From contig OX597816.1 of the NCBI GenBank assembly GCA_951406725.2, positions 130,696,001 to 130,760,000 of the forward strand: a DNA stretch of 64,000 bases, read 5' to 3'. The translations under genes were made by a program, and so were the position numbers. The DNA comes from Octopus vulgaris (Eukaryota). Shown one piece after another: positions 1-12,906 of this stretch (positions are counted from its first letter, which is position 1; each line of letters starts with the position of its first letter). Under the pieces are notes generated by a model, which worked only from the letters and a program-made list of their open reading frames with translations, did no database searches and was not told the origin of the DNA.

Positions 1-31
<31 letters not shown>

Positions 32-65
32 ATATGAAATAAAAGCAACGCTGGTCCAATTAACA

Positions 66-406
66 TTACCAACTACATATACTCAATGGAAACAAACCAT
101 GTATTTGCCGGTAGGCTGTGAATAGTGGGGTGGCGAATACCCACTGAAAGCGCTGGGTATTAAAACACTTGAAGGTCATGGACAGGCAAGATGACTCACC
201 TCTAATCCCGTTTAGGAGGGATAAATCACAAAAATGGCGAAACATCGCTGTCTATCACTCCTGGACGGGATTAAAGCTGAGTTATCTCGCCTGTCCATGA
301 CTTCCAGGTGTTGTAACACTTGGCGCTTTGAGTGGGTATTCCTCACTACGCCAGGCGCAGTCTGCCGGTATATACTCGTTGCATGCACGTTAAGTATTCG
401 TAGTTG

Positions 407-410
<4 letters not shown>
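66..410. repeat. Ungapped imperfect inverted repeat (158-bp arms, 29-nt loop) between (TA)n tracts
   Basis: Arms 66-223 and 253-410 pair position i with 476-i without gaps. Manual count: 114/158 Watson-Crick, 16 G-T, 13 A-C, 15 other. Example: GAATACCCACTGAAAGCGC vs GCGCTTTGAGTGGGTATTC. Flanked by (TA)n at 1-27 and 411-441. Confidence 0.9.
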
Positions 411-445
<35 letters not shown>

Positions 446-470
446 AAAAAGCAGCATAAATATCACAAAA

Positions 471-510
471 AATGTTACTCAGAGTTTCACGTTCCCGTTT
501 GTAGGACAGC
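471..510 (-). ncRNA. Degenerate minimal type I hammerhead ribozyme (PLE pLTR type)
   Basis: Minus strand reads TGT-CCTACAA-ACG GGAA CGT-GAAA-CTC T GAG-TA/ACA. Stems I, II, III, GAAA and GUA are present, but the CUGAnGA box is mutated to CCUACAA. Confidence 0.55.
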
Positions 511-599
511 AAAAATAAAGTTATAAGCAAACATATACAATTAGTTTAATGGATTCACATTTGAAAATGGTTTTGTATCATTGGTCCTTTCAACTAAAG

Positions 600-786
600 A
601 AATTTATGATATACATCTTCCTACATTACTTACTAGGTTCTTAAGTATTACGGGTGGATGATTAGATTCTTTGCTAATATAACATAGCTTTTCATTGGGC
701 TTACGGTAGGGTCTAAATTTATCTAATTGTAAATCCAAGTTGACACCTAGAAAATCTACGCTTTTAAGGTTACTACCAAGCCTGAC
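600..786 (-). mobile_element. Penelope-like retroelement reverse transcriptase fragment (RT7/thumb region)
   Basis: Minus-strand translation VRLGSNLKSVDFLGVNLDLQLDKFRPYRKPNEKLCYISKESNHPPVILKNLVSNVGRCIS* matches the PLE motif series FLDV.L....Y.PYRKP....YI...SNHP. No start codon; fragment only. Confidence 0.8.
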
Positions 787-794
787 CTTTCTTT

Positions 795-1228
795 TTTAGT
801 TTGACTACCATCCGTGCAACATCTCTATTCCCCCCTATGCCTGTTAAATATTATGTCCCTGCCGTAAAGGCTTTACTTTCACACACGCCAGCTTAATTTA
901 ATTTGTCCTTAGTCGAAAGACACCTGTTGCTATGTCCTGTTAATTGCATTTGTAATTGTGTAAGATTTCTGTTTTTTTTCCCGTTCTTGTTTTCGCATAC
1001 ATTCGCTGCTTTCTTCCAAGGAATCTAATGCTCTTAGCTTAGTTTTTCCTTGGGGCTGGCCAGATTGGAGCAAGCCAAAATCTCAAAGATAATCTGGAAC
1101 TCGACTGAGGATAGAAAACTCCGAATGAGCCGTCCTTTTTTTGCATCGTCTGTTGTCTGGATGTTTTGTTTTCCCTTTTTGTATCACCTAACTGTCCGGA
1201 TGTTTTGCGTTCTTGTCTCATTTTTATA
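795..1228 (+). mobile_element. TA-embedded interspersed repeat, probably PLE-associated non-coding terminal region
   Basis: Abuts the PLE RT fragment and ends at a (TA)n tract. Weak similarity (TTAATTTAATTTG block, T-rich GTCCTGT-type end) to the minus-strand insert at 32812-33175. No convincing ORF. Confidence 0.35.
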
Positions 1229-1248
1229 TTATATATATATATATATAT

Positions 1249-1800
<552 letters not shown>

Positions 1801-2034
1801 CGGAGATGTACTCGCATAGCAAGTAATTTGATCTGAGATCGTGTGCTTCCACGCTGCAATTGTATATATATATATATATATATATGTATACACATACATA
1901 TATATATGTATATATGTATGTGTGTGTGTGTGTTTAGACATATTGACACTTCAAACTAGTTAGAACTCGATATACGTAATACTGATTAGTGATTGACAAA
2001 AGAACAGGAGTTACGTAATAGACAAAAGATAAAT

Positions 2035-2270
2035 CTCCTTTCCGAAACATATAGACTCATGAGGCCAGTTTCTCGGTTTCTGTGACTATTTATTCCCCTT
2101 TAGACGGGTCGCCGCTCCGATTCAGGATTCCTCATCTTTGCCTGCTGAGTGGATTGGAGGAACGTGAAATGAAATGTTTTGGTCAAGAACACATCGTATC
2201 GCCCTGTCCAAGAATGGATAAAAAAATCGTACGATAATGAGTCCAACTCCCTAACATCTAAGCAACGCGT
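2035..2270 (-). mobile_element. Degenerate tRNA-derived SINE (Meta/MESC-like central domain)
   Basis: Plus strand GCTGAGTGGATTGGAG...GAAATGAAATGTTTTGGTCAAGAACAC, followed by a reversed tRNA-like head. Same family as 8800-8930 and 43730-43978. Confidence 0.6.
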
Positions 2271-2509
2271 CGCTACCTGTAGTTACGTAATTATATTCCT
2301 TAAATTGCAGCGTCTGCTACAAGAAACTACATTCAGACCTTATTCATCTTAATGTCTCCGAGGAAGCTATAGGATGTTAGACAAACACTCAACTCAGAGT
2401 GCATTACTTCTTATTGCAGAAACAAGTTAATAATGGTTACTACGTAACTCTTGTTATTTCGACAGTCATTAATCTATATGTCTGTCTGTCTGCCTGTCTG
2501 CCTGTCTGC

Positions 2510-2540
<31 letters not shown>

Positions 2541-3794
2541 ACTGTCTGTCTGTCTGTCCGACTATGTCTGTCGGTCTATCTATATATCTATCTATCTGTA
2601 CATATATATTACACATATATCTACTGCATACTTATAATAAATGAATAGTAGTTAAACATAGAGGAAATCATACCAGTTCCAAATCAAGTTAATCCCCAAT
2701 AAATTAAATAGCTATGCAAATAATCCACGTTGGGTGTTCCATAATTAAAGTGGCGTATAACCCTTCACATCCCCACTATATATATATATATATATATATA
2801 TACATACACATATATACATATATATACATATATATAAGCATACACGTGTGTGTGGTTGGTTGTATGTAATATGTATATACATGCATTGTGAGTATAGAAG
2901 CGTCTGTATATAAATATATATATATATATATATATACATTCCTTGATTATAATGAAATTATATAACTTTTTACATTTATATTTTCTTTTTTCTTTCGCGT
3001 TTTTTTTTTGGGTTTCAAAGTTTATTCTTGAGTTACATTTATTTCACAACTGCTTTGTTCTAACATCATATGTTGAGAGTAAAATATTTGCATCGTTGCA
3101 AAGAAAAACATACTAGCCATTAAAAAGACAGATGCTCCATTGCATTTAATTTTTTGTTTATTATTATCTTATTTGGAAATCAGTGTAGATAGACTTTTAC
3201 CCACTAACTTTTACAGACTCTTGTTAAAGTAGAGTAAACCGCTTACACGTTGCACTCTACATTCTGGACGGTTTGTCGTGTGGTCTACAAATTTCAGCGT
3301 TTGCTAAAACTGCTCTCAAACCGCTGTTCAAACCTAACCACTGGCGTGATAACACTAGACATTAAATTTAGCTGTACTACAGTGAAGTTATGTCTGAGAC
3401 TGCTCTGTAGCCGACTGGACAGTTAGTGTCGTATCAACTAAACGCTCCATTGTCTAATTAACATTGTATAAGTAACAATATTTTGCTGAGTTCCCGGTCT
3501 ATTAATTAACTATGTGCTTTAAAATTATTTTCTCTTTTGCCAAACTTGCTGGTTACACTATAACCACATTACATATTACTAAAATATTATAGCGTATAAA
3601 AACTGTTCGTTACATAGGTATGATCACTTCACTGACATTTAACTTGAACGTATCTCTGGAATGAGCTACGTTCAAATCAGTTCCAATGGACAGCATTTGT
3701 GACTCTGTTAGGAAGTTGAATTCTGTATTTTTACCACTCGTCATCTCTCTCTATCTCTCTCTCTCACATACACAGACATACACTCTTTCATTCT

Positions 3795-3861
<67 letters not shown>

Positions 3862-3904
3862 TCTATGTATGTATGTTTACATACATATGTGTATGTGTGT
3901 ACAT

Positions 3905-4196
3905 ACATGCAAGCAAGAAGCATGCAGTCGGAAATTGAGAAACAAGACGCATTAGTACTGATACCGTCATGAACCAGCAACTGGGAAAATATTAGCAAAA
4001 ATTCATACATTGTGGACAAAAGCCGAAGAACAGCCTGGTGAATACTGAAAGAGGTTAACTAGTTAGCATGGACTATTCTATTATTGCACTAACAATTGCT
4101 TACATGACAGAGGTATGCTAATATTGTGGAGTAAAGAGGTGAACTGATGAAGTACCATCAGCGTGTGGTTCCCATAAAACAGTTAATGTAACTCTA
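3905..4196 (+). mobile_element. Highly decayed Penelope-like GIY-YIG C-terminus followed by a hammerhead remnant
   Basis: Translation with stops and a frameshift gives ...[23 protein letters not shown]...NCLHDRGML, resembling the PLE endonuclease tail (W....I.D.....R...E....NRD.G). Followed by CTGATGA(4144)-AGTACCA..TGGT..TAAAAC..GTA/ACTCT. Confidence 0.4.
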
Positions 4197-5846
4197 TTGG
4201 TTTAACATACAGAGCTGCTGTTAAAGCTACTTCCACACGCTTCCTGAAGATGATCAAAATCAATAACTTTAGAAGACATCTTAGAAGACATCTTTCGGAA
4301 GTAACATTAAAATGCAAGGATATATTTCCACCTCAAGTAAACAATACTACAATTCTTGTAATTTTCTTATGTTGGACATATGCACAAACAAAACAAAAAA
4401 ATACTTCTGAAGTTACATGAAGGGTACCAAATTTGAATCATACTGTGCACGTAAAAGATTTTCTGCGGCAGAAACAATCATGTAAAACGTATTAAGCATG
4501 TACTTGAAATTATTCGTACCGTGAACTTCAAAATAGTTATTGATGCGAGTAAGTGTTCTCAAATCCAACACCGTCAACATTTCAATAAAGCATCAACGGG
4601 AACACGGTAAAAAGGATATAGTTTTAAAATTTGGAAACAATAACATCAAGAGAATAAGGGAAATACACATATTATATGATGGTCTTTCATATTTGCTGAT
4701 CCGTGTACCCTGAGAAAATAGACACTGTATTAGAATTTAAAACACTGAAGGAAAAATGTCGTGTATGGATTTTATACGCGCTACTTCATGGTTTGTAATA
4801 ACATAAATTCTCCAACCACTCTTATAAATGACCGGCGGCTTTTTGGCAGCTTTAAAACAACAATCATTCATGATCTATCTGTGTCCTTAAAATTAAACGT
4901 TCCCTCTATGAAAATAATAAATGCGTGAATGGTATCTCAAAAAACTCACGAAAGAATCTCAGACAGGTAAAAATGCTTACCCACAAAACCGAAAGAAAAC
5001 CATCGTGTTTTCTCTGTATGAAACTAATAGTAGCTCGAATTTAAATCCTGTGCATATTAAATCATACATACATATTTATATATACATATGCAGACACAAA
5101 CACGCGCGCGCACACACACGCACACACATAGAGACACATACATGTATACGACTGGCTTATTCACACGTTCCGTCTACTTATTTCCACTCAAAAGTCATTG
5201 GTCAAATTATGTAACATACATTATAATTAACCGGTTATTTATAATTTTGATATTTCTTATAGTCCTGCAAAGAGAGCGTAGAATAAACAACCAAAATGTG
5301 GAGAGCATCTCAGGTAAAAATTCTAACTTTCTCATCTAATATTCAAATATGTCTACAGAAATTGGAACTGCAAGAGAGAAAAAAAATATTTTTTCTAGGC
5401 TACCAATATATATATGTAAACATTATCACACTTATAATATGTGATGTGATTATGTACACTAGACTTCATATAAATATTATCACAATCGTTAGTCTGATGG
5501 TGTGAATTTACTAGAATATATATAAACAGTATCACAGTTGTTATTTAACTAGTAGTTTACTCTGGCTAAATAGACTTATGATCAAAGGGCTTCCAGGCAT
5601 AACGACACCCATTTTTTAAAATTTAGACTGTTGGATACATGTGTAGAAATTTAGCTGGTATTTCTATCAGGCTGAGTGATGCTACAGAGGCCTGCTATGT
5701 CTCAAAGCACTAGAGTACTGTATATAAAATGTCACACTCTTTCGTTAAGGTTGCGGTTTCAATTACATTGGGTAAATTATTGTCATTAGCAATCTTCTCA
5801 TGTTTTATGTTACAAAGTACAATATATATATATATATATATATATA

Positions 5847-5975
5847 GCCGTATCTGTTGCTCGACGACATAAAGTATATGAAACTGCACATAAACAATAT
5901 CATAGGAAATATGTAACAATCACGGGTGTACTCTGCCTTATTGATGAGGTCCTTTATAACTGAAACATGTCCAGA
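5847..5975 (+). ncRNA. Two tandem degenerate hammerhead-like motifs after a (TA)n tract
   Basis: TGTTG-CTCGACGA-CATA AAG TATAT-GAAA-CTGCAC-ATA/AACA and TTGATGA-GGT CCTTTATA ACT-GAAA-CATG-TC/CAGA (palindromic stem III ACATGT). Both have core or stem defects. Confidence 0.35.
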
Positions 5976-6044
5976 ATTACAGAATTGTCATCGTACTGCT
6001 ACAGATCAAACCCACTAATTGCATTCCATACCTAATTAGAACTA

Positions 6045-6778
6045 ATTTCAAAATTTGACAAACGGTCAGCAATTTCGGGGGAGGGGTAAGTCAATTTCAT
6101 CGACCCCAATGTTTAAAGTTGACCTCAACGAAATTTGAACTCAGAACGTGTATACAGATGAAATGCCGCAAAGCATTTTGCCTGGTGCGCTAGTGATCCT
6201 GCCATCTAGCCGTCGACACCAGTACGTAACCGGTACTTAATTTATCCGAAAGGATGAAAGGCAAAGTCGACCTCGGCGGAATTTGAACTCAGAACGTAGC
6301 GGCAGACGAAATACCTATTTCTTTACTACTCACAAGAGGCTAAACACAGAGATAACAAACAACGACAGACAAACGGATTAAGTCGATTACATCGATTGCA
6401 GTGCGTAACTAGTACTTATTTAATAGACCTCGAAAGGATGAAAGGCAAAGTCGACCTCGGCGGAATTTGAACTCAGAACGTAGCGGCAGACGAAAAACAT
6501 GCTAAGCATTTCGCCCGGCGTGCTAACGATTCTGCCAGCTCGCCGCCTTTATGAATATTATTTTCAAAATTTTGCACAAGACCAGCAATTTCGGGAAGGG
6601 GGGAGGGGGTAAGACGATTACATCGATCCTATTACCCAACTAATACTTATTTTATCGATTCCAAGAGGATGAAAGGTGAAGTCGACCTCGGCATTTGGAC
6701 TCAGAACGTAAAAGATGAACGAAATGCCGCGAAGTATATTGCATGGCGTGTTAAAAATTCCGCCAGCAGGCCGCCTTT
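6045..6778 (-). mobile_element. Cluster of family-A tRNA-derived SINE units (composite, tandem)
   Basis: Repeated AAAGGATGAAAGGCAAAGTCGACCTCGGCGGAATTTGAACTCAGAACG blocks; reversed head GCCAGCTCGCCGCC at about 6535-6548. Confidence 0.9.
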
Positions 6779-7879
6779 TACCTAATTAATATTAAATGAT
6801 TAAAGTCTGTGATGTCTCCGCCTTCTAGTATATTTTTTACTGGAATTAGTAATTTAAAAATAATTGTTCTCATCGCTGAAGTTGTAAAATTTATCTGTTC
6901 AATTAAAATATCTTGCCTAGCGTCATTCAGTTTGCCAGCCAGCGATCTTTAACATATATATATATATATATATATATTGTATATGTGTGTGTATATGAGT
7001 ATGTATGTGTGTGAGTAAGAGTGTGTGTTTGTGTGTGTCTGCGTCTGTGTGAGTGTGTGTATTTATGTACGTATGCATGTAGGTAAGTAGATAGATAGCA
7101 TGAGACGAACGATAGACACTTGCCAACGTTAGAGTCGGTGATTTCATCGTACATCAGATAACACGATCTTTAACGGTATTTCTTAAAAAAAAGTGAGAGA
7201 GGGTGAGAGAGAGAGAGAGAGAGAGAGATGAAGAGAAAGAAATGGAGAGAGAAGGGGGAGAGAGTTAGAACAGGAGACAGACAGTGTAGGAGAGAGAGGG
7301 AGAGAGAGAGAGAGGAGAGAGAGTTAAAACATTTATTGACGTACATTTTGTTGGGTTAGCGTTAATAATTGAGGGTAAATCTAGTGGAGCATTGCCTCGG
7401 GGGTTATTACCCATAAGTAGATGATGGCTTAGGCGTCGTCGTCTGAGTTAATAATTCGTAATTGTAATATCGCTGTGACAGTCATTGAATGACATGACGC
7501 AATGTCTGCCCCTCAAATTACCCTCGCTTTATTCAATACCTTTAAGTATTATATTATCAAGCTTATGGCATGAGAGTCACCCTTTTACTTGGTTACGTTT
7601 CATTATTATCACTAGTCGTTTACTCTTTAAACTACGCTAATGTAGGTAGACACTGTTCAAGCAGCCTTTTCCCGTGTGAGCACAGTAAATTCATCAGAAT
7701 TACGTACACATCATTTCCTACCCATGTAGACACAAAGTAAGCTGAAACTCAGGCGGTATTATTCTCTTCACCTTTTCGAGTGCTTTCCCTCCACCTTACA
7801 CATCTCTTTCTCCTCACCCCTCCTTTTGTTGTGTCTTACTTTCGTCAATCGTTCTATCATCTACCGATCCATCTTTATT

Positions 7880-7951
<72 letters not shown>

Positions 7952-7997
7952 TGAGAATTTACAGAAACAAAAAACAAAAGACGAAGACGGGTGTGTA

Positions 7998-8036
<39 letters not shown>

Positions 8037-8075
8037 ATTGTAAATCTGTATTTGCGTCTGGTGAAGTCGACCAGC

Positions 8076-8151
<76 letters not shown>

Positions 8152-8338
8152 TTGCCTGTCTGTTAGTGTTCTGTAATAAACTTTGTTGCATGCATACACA
8201 AACACATGCTCACGCGCGCACACATCCACACACACATACACACGCACACACATTTAAAAAATTCATTCTATCATTTTATAATAGCTGATATGAATGATGG
8301 TTGGTTTGTTGGTTAGATTCTCCAGTCATATTTTACAT

Positions 8339-8413
<75 letters not shown>

Positions 8414-8794
8414 CGAGGCTAGAATAGAGATACAGAGGGAAATTAAAGTCGTTTGATGAACGTTGAAATTGATCAGCAATGCTAAAGGAATGGCAAAAAA
8501 ATGATAAAAGCTACGTAGTTCATAGACGTGAAATAAATAACACATACACACACTCGCGCACGCACAATCAGACACTCTTAAATACATAGAATCTTCTGTT
8601 TACCACACACACACACACGCATAGCAACATTACTGTTTCAGCTTAAGGATGAAAGTGACAAATAGTTTATTCCTTTGTCATCTTGTTTTCTTATTACCGC
8701 TCTATACTCAACCAACGCTTCTTGATCGATATGTAATACTGTACACTTCGGATAATATATATATATATATAGACTGGTTACCAGTAGGTCGTAG

Positions 8795-8932
8795 GATTAT
8801 TCATTTACAGCTGAGTGGACTGGAGTAATATATGAAATGAAGTGTTGTGTACAAGAATACAACGCACAGCTAGTCTGGGAATTGAAACCTCTACCTTGCG
8901 CTAGTGAGTGCAACACTCTAGCCACTAGGCTT
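8795..8932 (-). mobile_element. tRNA-derived SINE 5' part (Meta/MESC-like)
   Basis: CATTTACAGCTGAGTGGACTGG (reverse complement CCAGTCCACTCAGCTGTAAATG), reversed B-box GGAATTGAAACC and A-box-like CTAGCCACTAGGC. Confidence 0.65.
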
Positions 8933-9423
8933 GCTTATGTATATATATAATATTCAATTATTGGTTTCAAATTTTGGAGCAAGGCCAGCCATTTCGGAGA
9001 GGGCTATACTAGTAGCTTGTGTTTGTGTGTGTGTTATGTACAGCAACCAACTTTATCCAGCTATCTATTAATGTATTTACCTTAATACTTATCTATCTGC
9101 TTGTCAATCTGTCTGTTTTTCTGCTTTTTTGTCTATCTATCTACCTGTCTATCTAAACACTTATTTATATTATCTATGTATGCAAATAACTTCGAAAATA
9201 TTAAAATAATAATCAACAATATTAATTAGTTGAGGGTTTAAGTGTTTAACAAGAAATAATTACTAATTATTAACTTCATTAAGAAATTCTTAGGTATATA
9301 TTTAACGGTATGTTAATCAGTCATTGTATTATAAAGTTTTGTGAATGAGCAAAAGGTAAATTATGGAGTTGAATTCTTTATCAACGGGATCAAATATCGT
9401 AGACAATTTGCGACTTAAGCACA

Positions 9424-9757
9424 TCTTTATATATAAACGTAAGGTTGTGTGTCTGTCTCCTACGATTTAGATTCCTAACTACTTCTGGGTATTAGCGCGC
9501 GTCTACGATGTGTCTACGATTTTAAAAAAAAATTACCATCATTTTTTTCCATTTTAATGCATTTTTTCGCTATTTATATAAGGGAAGTAACTCTCTAAAA
9601 ATGTCTACGATGAGTCAACGATTTAATAAAAAAAATTACCATAATTTTTTTTCCATTTCTAATGCATTTTTTTGCTATTTTTTGGCTATAACTCTCTTAA
9701 AATGCTTATATAGTTATTTCCCTTACAAACCCGAGCAACGCCGGGCGATACTGCTAG
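9424..9757 (+). mobile_element. Non-autonomous Helitron
   Basis: Starts TC after A, ends CTAG before T, no TSD. Subterminal hairpin CCCGAGCAACGCCGGG lies about 12 nt before the end. Contains an internal duplication of about 90 bp. Same 3' end as 58291-58802. Confidence 0.85.
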
Positions 9758-10079
9758 TCATATATACAATACAGATTTTGGAGATGTGTAATAGGGGATT
9801 TAATTAGTATAAGTACATATGCTGAGTAAAACTTGCGGACGGATGAAATGCAAAATCTCCCTCAGGGAAATTTGAACTCAGAACCGAAAGGACAGTAACT
9901 AGATACCCCAAAATATTAGTTGTGCTTTGTGACAATTTTAAAGTTTCGAAGATATCATCATCAATTTTGCGAAAGCATTGCTATAACTTCAAGAAGGAAG
10001 AGAATAGTGTACGGATATATTTAGTGCTGTGAGAAACAATCCTCCTTCTGTTCTCAGGCTATATTATTTTCAATCTCTT

Positions 10080-10305
10080 AAGGCGGCGAGCTGGCAGAAA
10101 CGTTAGCGCGCCGGGCGAAATGCTTAGCGGTATTTCGTCTGTCGTTACGTTCTGAGTTCAAATTCCGCCGCGGTCGACGTTGCCTTTCGGGCTCGAAAAA
10201 TAAAGTACCAGTTTCGCACTAGGGTCGATGTAATCGACTTAATCCGTTTGTCTGTCGTTGCTTGTCCCCTCTATGAATAGCCCCTTGTGGGCAGTAAAGA
10301 AATAT
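10080..10305 (+). mobile_element. Family-A tRNA-derived SINE
   Basis: AGGCGGCGAGCTGGCAGAAACGTTAGCGCGCCGGGCGAAATGCTTAGCGGTATTTCGTC...GAGTTCAAATTCC (B box). Confidence 0.9.
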
Positions 10306-11948
10306 GTATTATTTTCAATCTCTGTCCAGGCAGTTCTTTTCCACCCACCTGTACATGACTTGGCAGCTTGCTGATGCTGCTTTTTACCAGTTATTTTGAT
10401 CAACTCCTTAAATCTCTATTTCAAATATGTCATCTTATGTCTAGGAGGTCCTTGTCAAAGTGTTCTACCTTCAAAGAAATCTGAAGTCCACAAGCGTAGA
10501 ACATCTCATCGAGCAAACGAGGAGGCCTCTGCTTGAGCTCACGAACCTATACACGATCACTTAGTCTGAGAGAAAAGATAGACAATGGATAATGAAGTCT
10601 TAGATACACTGTCTGGGACATAAAGACAGTATGGCACGTTGGATCACCTATGAGCATAAGTTTTCTATATCGCAGATGAGTAGGATGTTAAGGTCGCGTC
10701 GAAAAAGCCTTTCATCAAAGGTCTACGGGCTTAAGTGCAGGTGGTGTTAAACGATGATATATTTAAAAAAAAAACATGTGGTCTTAGGTTCGATCCTTTC
10801 CCATGGTACGTGAAGCAATTACTTTTCATCACAACCTTGTGACTGAAACTGCATGGATGGAATCTGCATAGAAGCCCTTCGGAAGGATCGTATCTGTGAT
10901 TCAAAAGTACAGCCTTGTCACACACTGGGTTGAATTGGTTCTGACTAGGGACTACATTAAGCATACATGTAATTGTGGAAAACTCAACAAACCATTTACA
11001 TGCTAATTCAACGTGTCTGTCGTTTCTTTGATTAAACAAGCAGGACAGACATCATCGGAAAACAATGCACATCCTTTCACAATATAATTTCATTTGTTAC
11101 CGAATAACGGAGATACTCAAGGATCTGCGAGTATAGGCAAAAAAAAGGGGCTTGATAATTGAATGGTATTAACACGAAATAACTTGATTAGTAAATGCAA
11201 CTAGTGCGATGTCTTAATTTTAATATGTTTTCTGTCATTTTGAGTTAAAAGCTTGTCTTTGCACGTGAATCCGAAATCAATGCTAAATGCACTGAATAAC
11301 ATGAGATAAGAATAAAACCCTGGCTCAGCGTGCGTTTTTTTTTTAAGATGTCATCTACGTTTGGGCAATCAATTAAACATAACCCGTTGCAATAAGTCTT
11401 GTCTCATATAAACGCCAACTGCCAGTTAAACTGATGACAGATATAACTGAAGCATAAATATACTATTACTAGAGCATAACAAACTAATCGATTCGATACA
11501 ACTCTAAACAGTTGATTTGAATCTGTCACATGATCCACAGTCTGTGGAGAGTTTATATGTGGTGAATGATATTTGGATGGTAGACGAGTTTAATTGTTTG
11601 AATGACAATATTATCTAGTTTTATTCGGTTGATATATTGAAAAGAAATTTTATTTTCTTTACATAAAACTTCTGGGACAGTGAGGTGAGGAAGAAGTACA
11701 CAATTTTCTTTATAAATACTGAAAGAAAAAAAAAAGAAATTATGCTTCAAGTGTTCCTTATTGAAATATGAAATTAACGGTTAACATCTTGTTCAAAGAA
11801 GAAAAAAAAATAGAAAGAAACAAAAGGGTCTATAGAAATAAATAGATAATGGTCGATGTTTCTATTTAAAAAACCGACTATCGGATCCCTCTTTTCGTTC
11901 TGCATCATTTAGAAGAAAATAGTTTAATATTCCACCCAATCAATACAC

Positions 11949-12008
<60 letters not shown>

Positions 12009-12224
12009 CATTATTATTGAAAGCAATCTCCCAAAAATAAATAAATATATATGTTAAGGAGGCGAGAAAGAACAAATTGGCCAGAAGTCCGTCTAATCCA
12101 TCTTGAATTCAGTTCTATTATATGAATCTATAACACAGCATTCTTAATTCTTTTTCTCCCTCCTCCAAACGGTTCATCTGCAACGTTTCCAGTATGGTGG
12201 GCAAGCCATGTGTGTGCAGCAGTA

Positions 12225-12337
12225 TCAGCCTGCTTCATTGAAACGCAGTTCCGCTTCACTTCTTGTGACGGTCCGTCTGTTCCGTGCGTGTGTGCTTGAT
12301 GCATCATTGTTGTCGAGATATCGATACGGTCGACTGA
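12225..12337 (-). CDS. Candidate second coding exon of an unknown small protein
   Basis: Minus-strand acceptor CCCTGAC (branch point)...TTCATTTATCCAG| at 12338. Unique, GC-richer sequence. A phase-1 join to the exon at 15255-15339 gives (L)SRPYRYLDNNDASSTHARNRRTVTRSEAELRFNEAG*. No homology recognised. Confidence 0.3.
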
Positions 12338-12552
12338 CTGGATAAATGAATGAATGTGTCAGGGGACCGATGGATGGGTGGATATATGAATGAATGGATG
12401 GAGGGATGGATGGCTGGATGAATAGACAAGAGGGTTGGATCGATGTTGTTTGTATGACTGGAAGTCGGTTGGTTGATCTGCGGCTGTTTATTGAGACATG
12501 AGGTGAGTATAGTAAGCAAAATAGATGTATGTATATATATATATATATATAT

Positions 12553-12626
<74 letters not shown>

Positions 12627-12833
12627 TGGGCTAAAGAGATAGAGAGAGAAGAAATGTGGACGCATAGGTAGAACGGAAAATTAAAATAATTTTTTTCAAA
12701 AATTTGTATGATAAAAGAGCGGAAAGGAAGAGAAAAATATCTAGGAGAAAAGGAGGACAATGGATGAGAAATATAGTGAAACAATTTTTTTATTCTTGAA
12801 GAAGCAGTTGATATGAGACATAAATAAATGTGA

Positions 12834-12906
<73 letters not shown>

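Noticed and set aside
1103-1135. GACTGAGGATAGAAAACTCCGAATGAGCCGTC as a hammerhead or SECIS element
   Set aside because: No GAAA and no stem III for a hammerhead; the helix is far too short for a SECIS.
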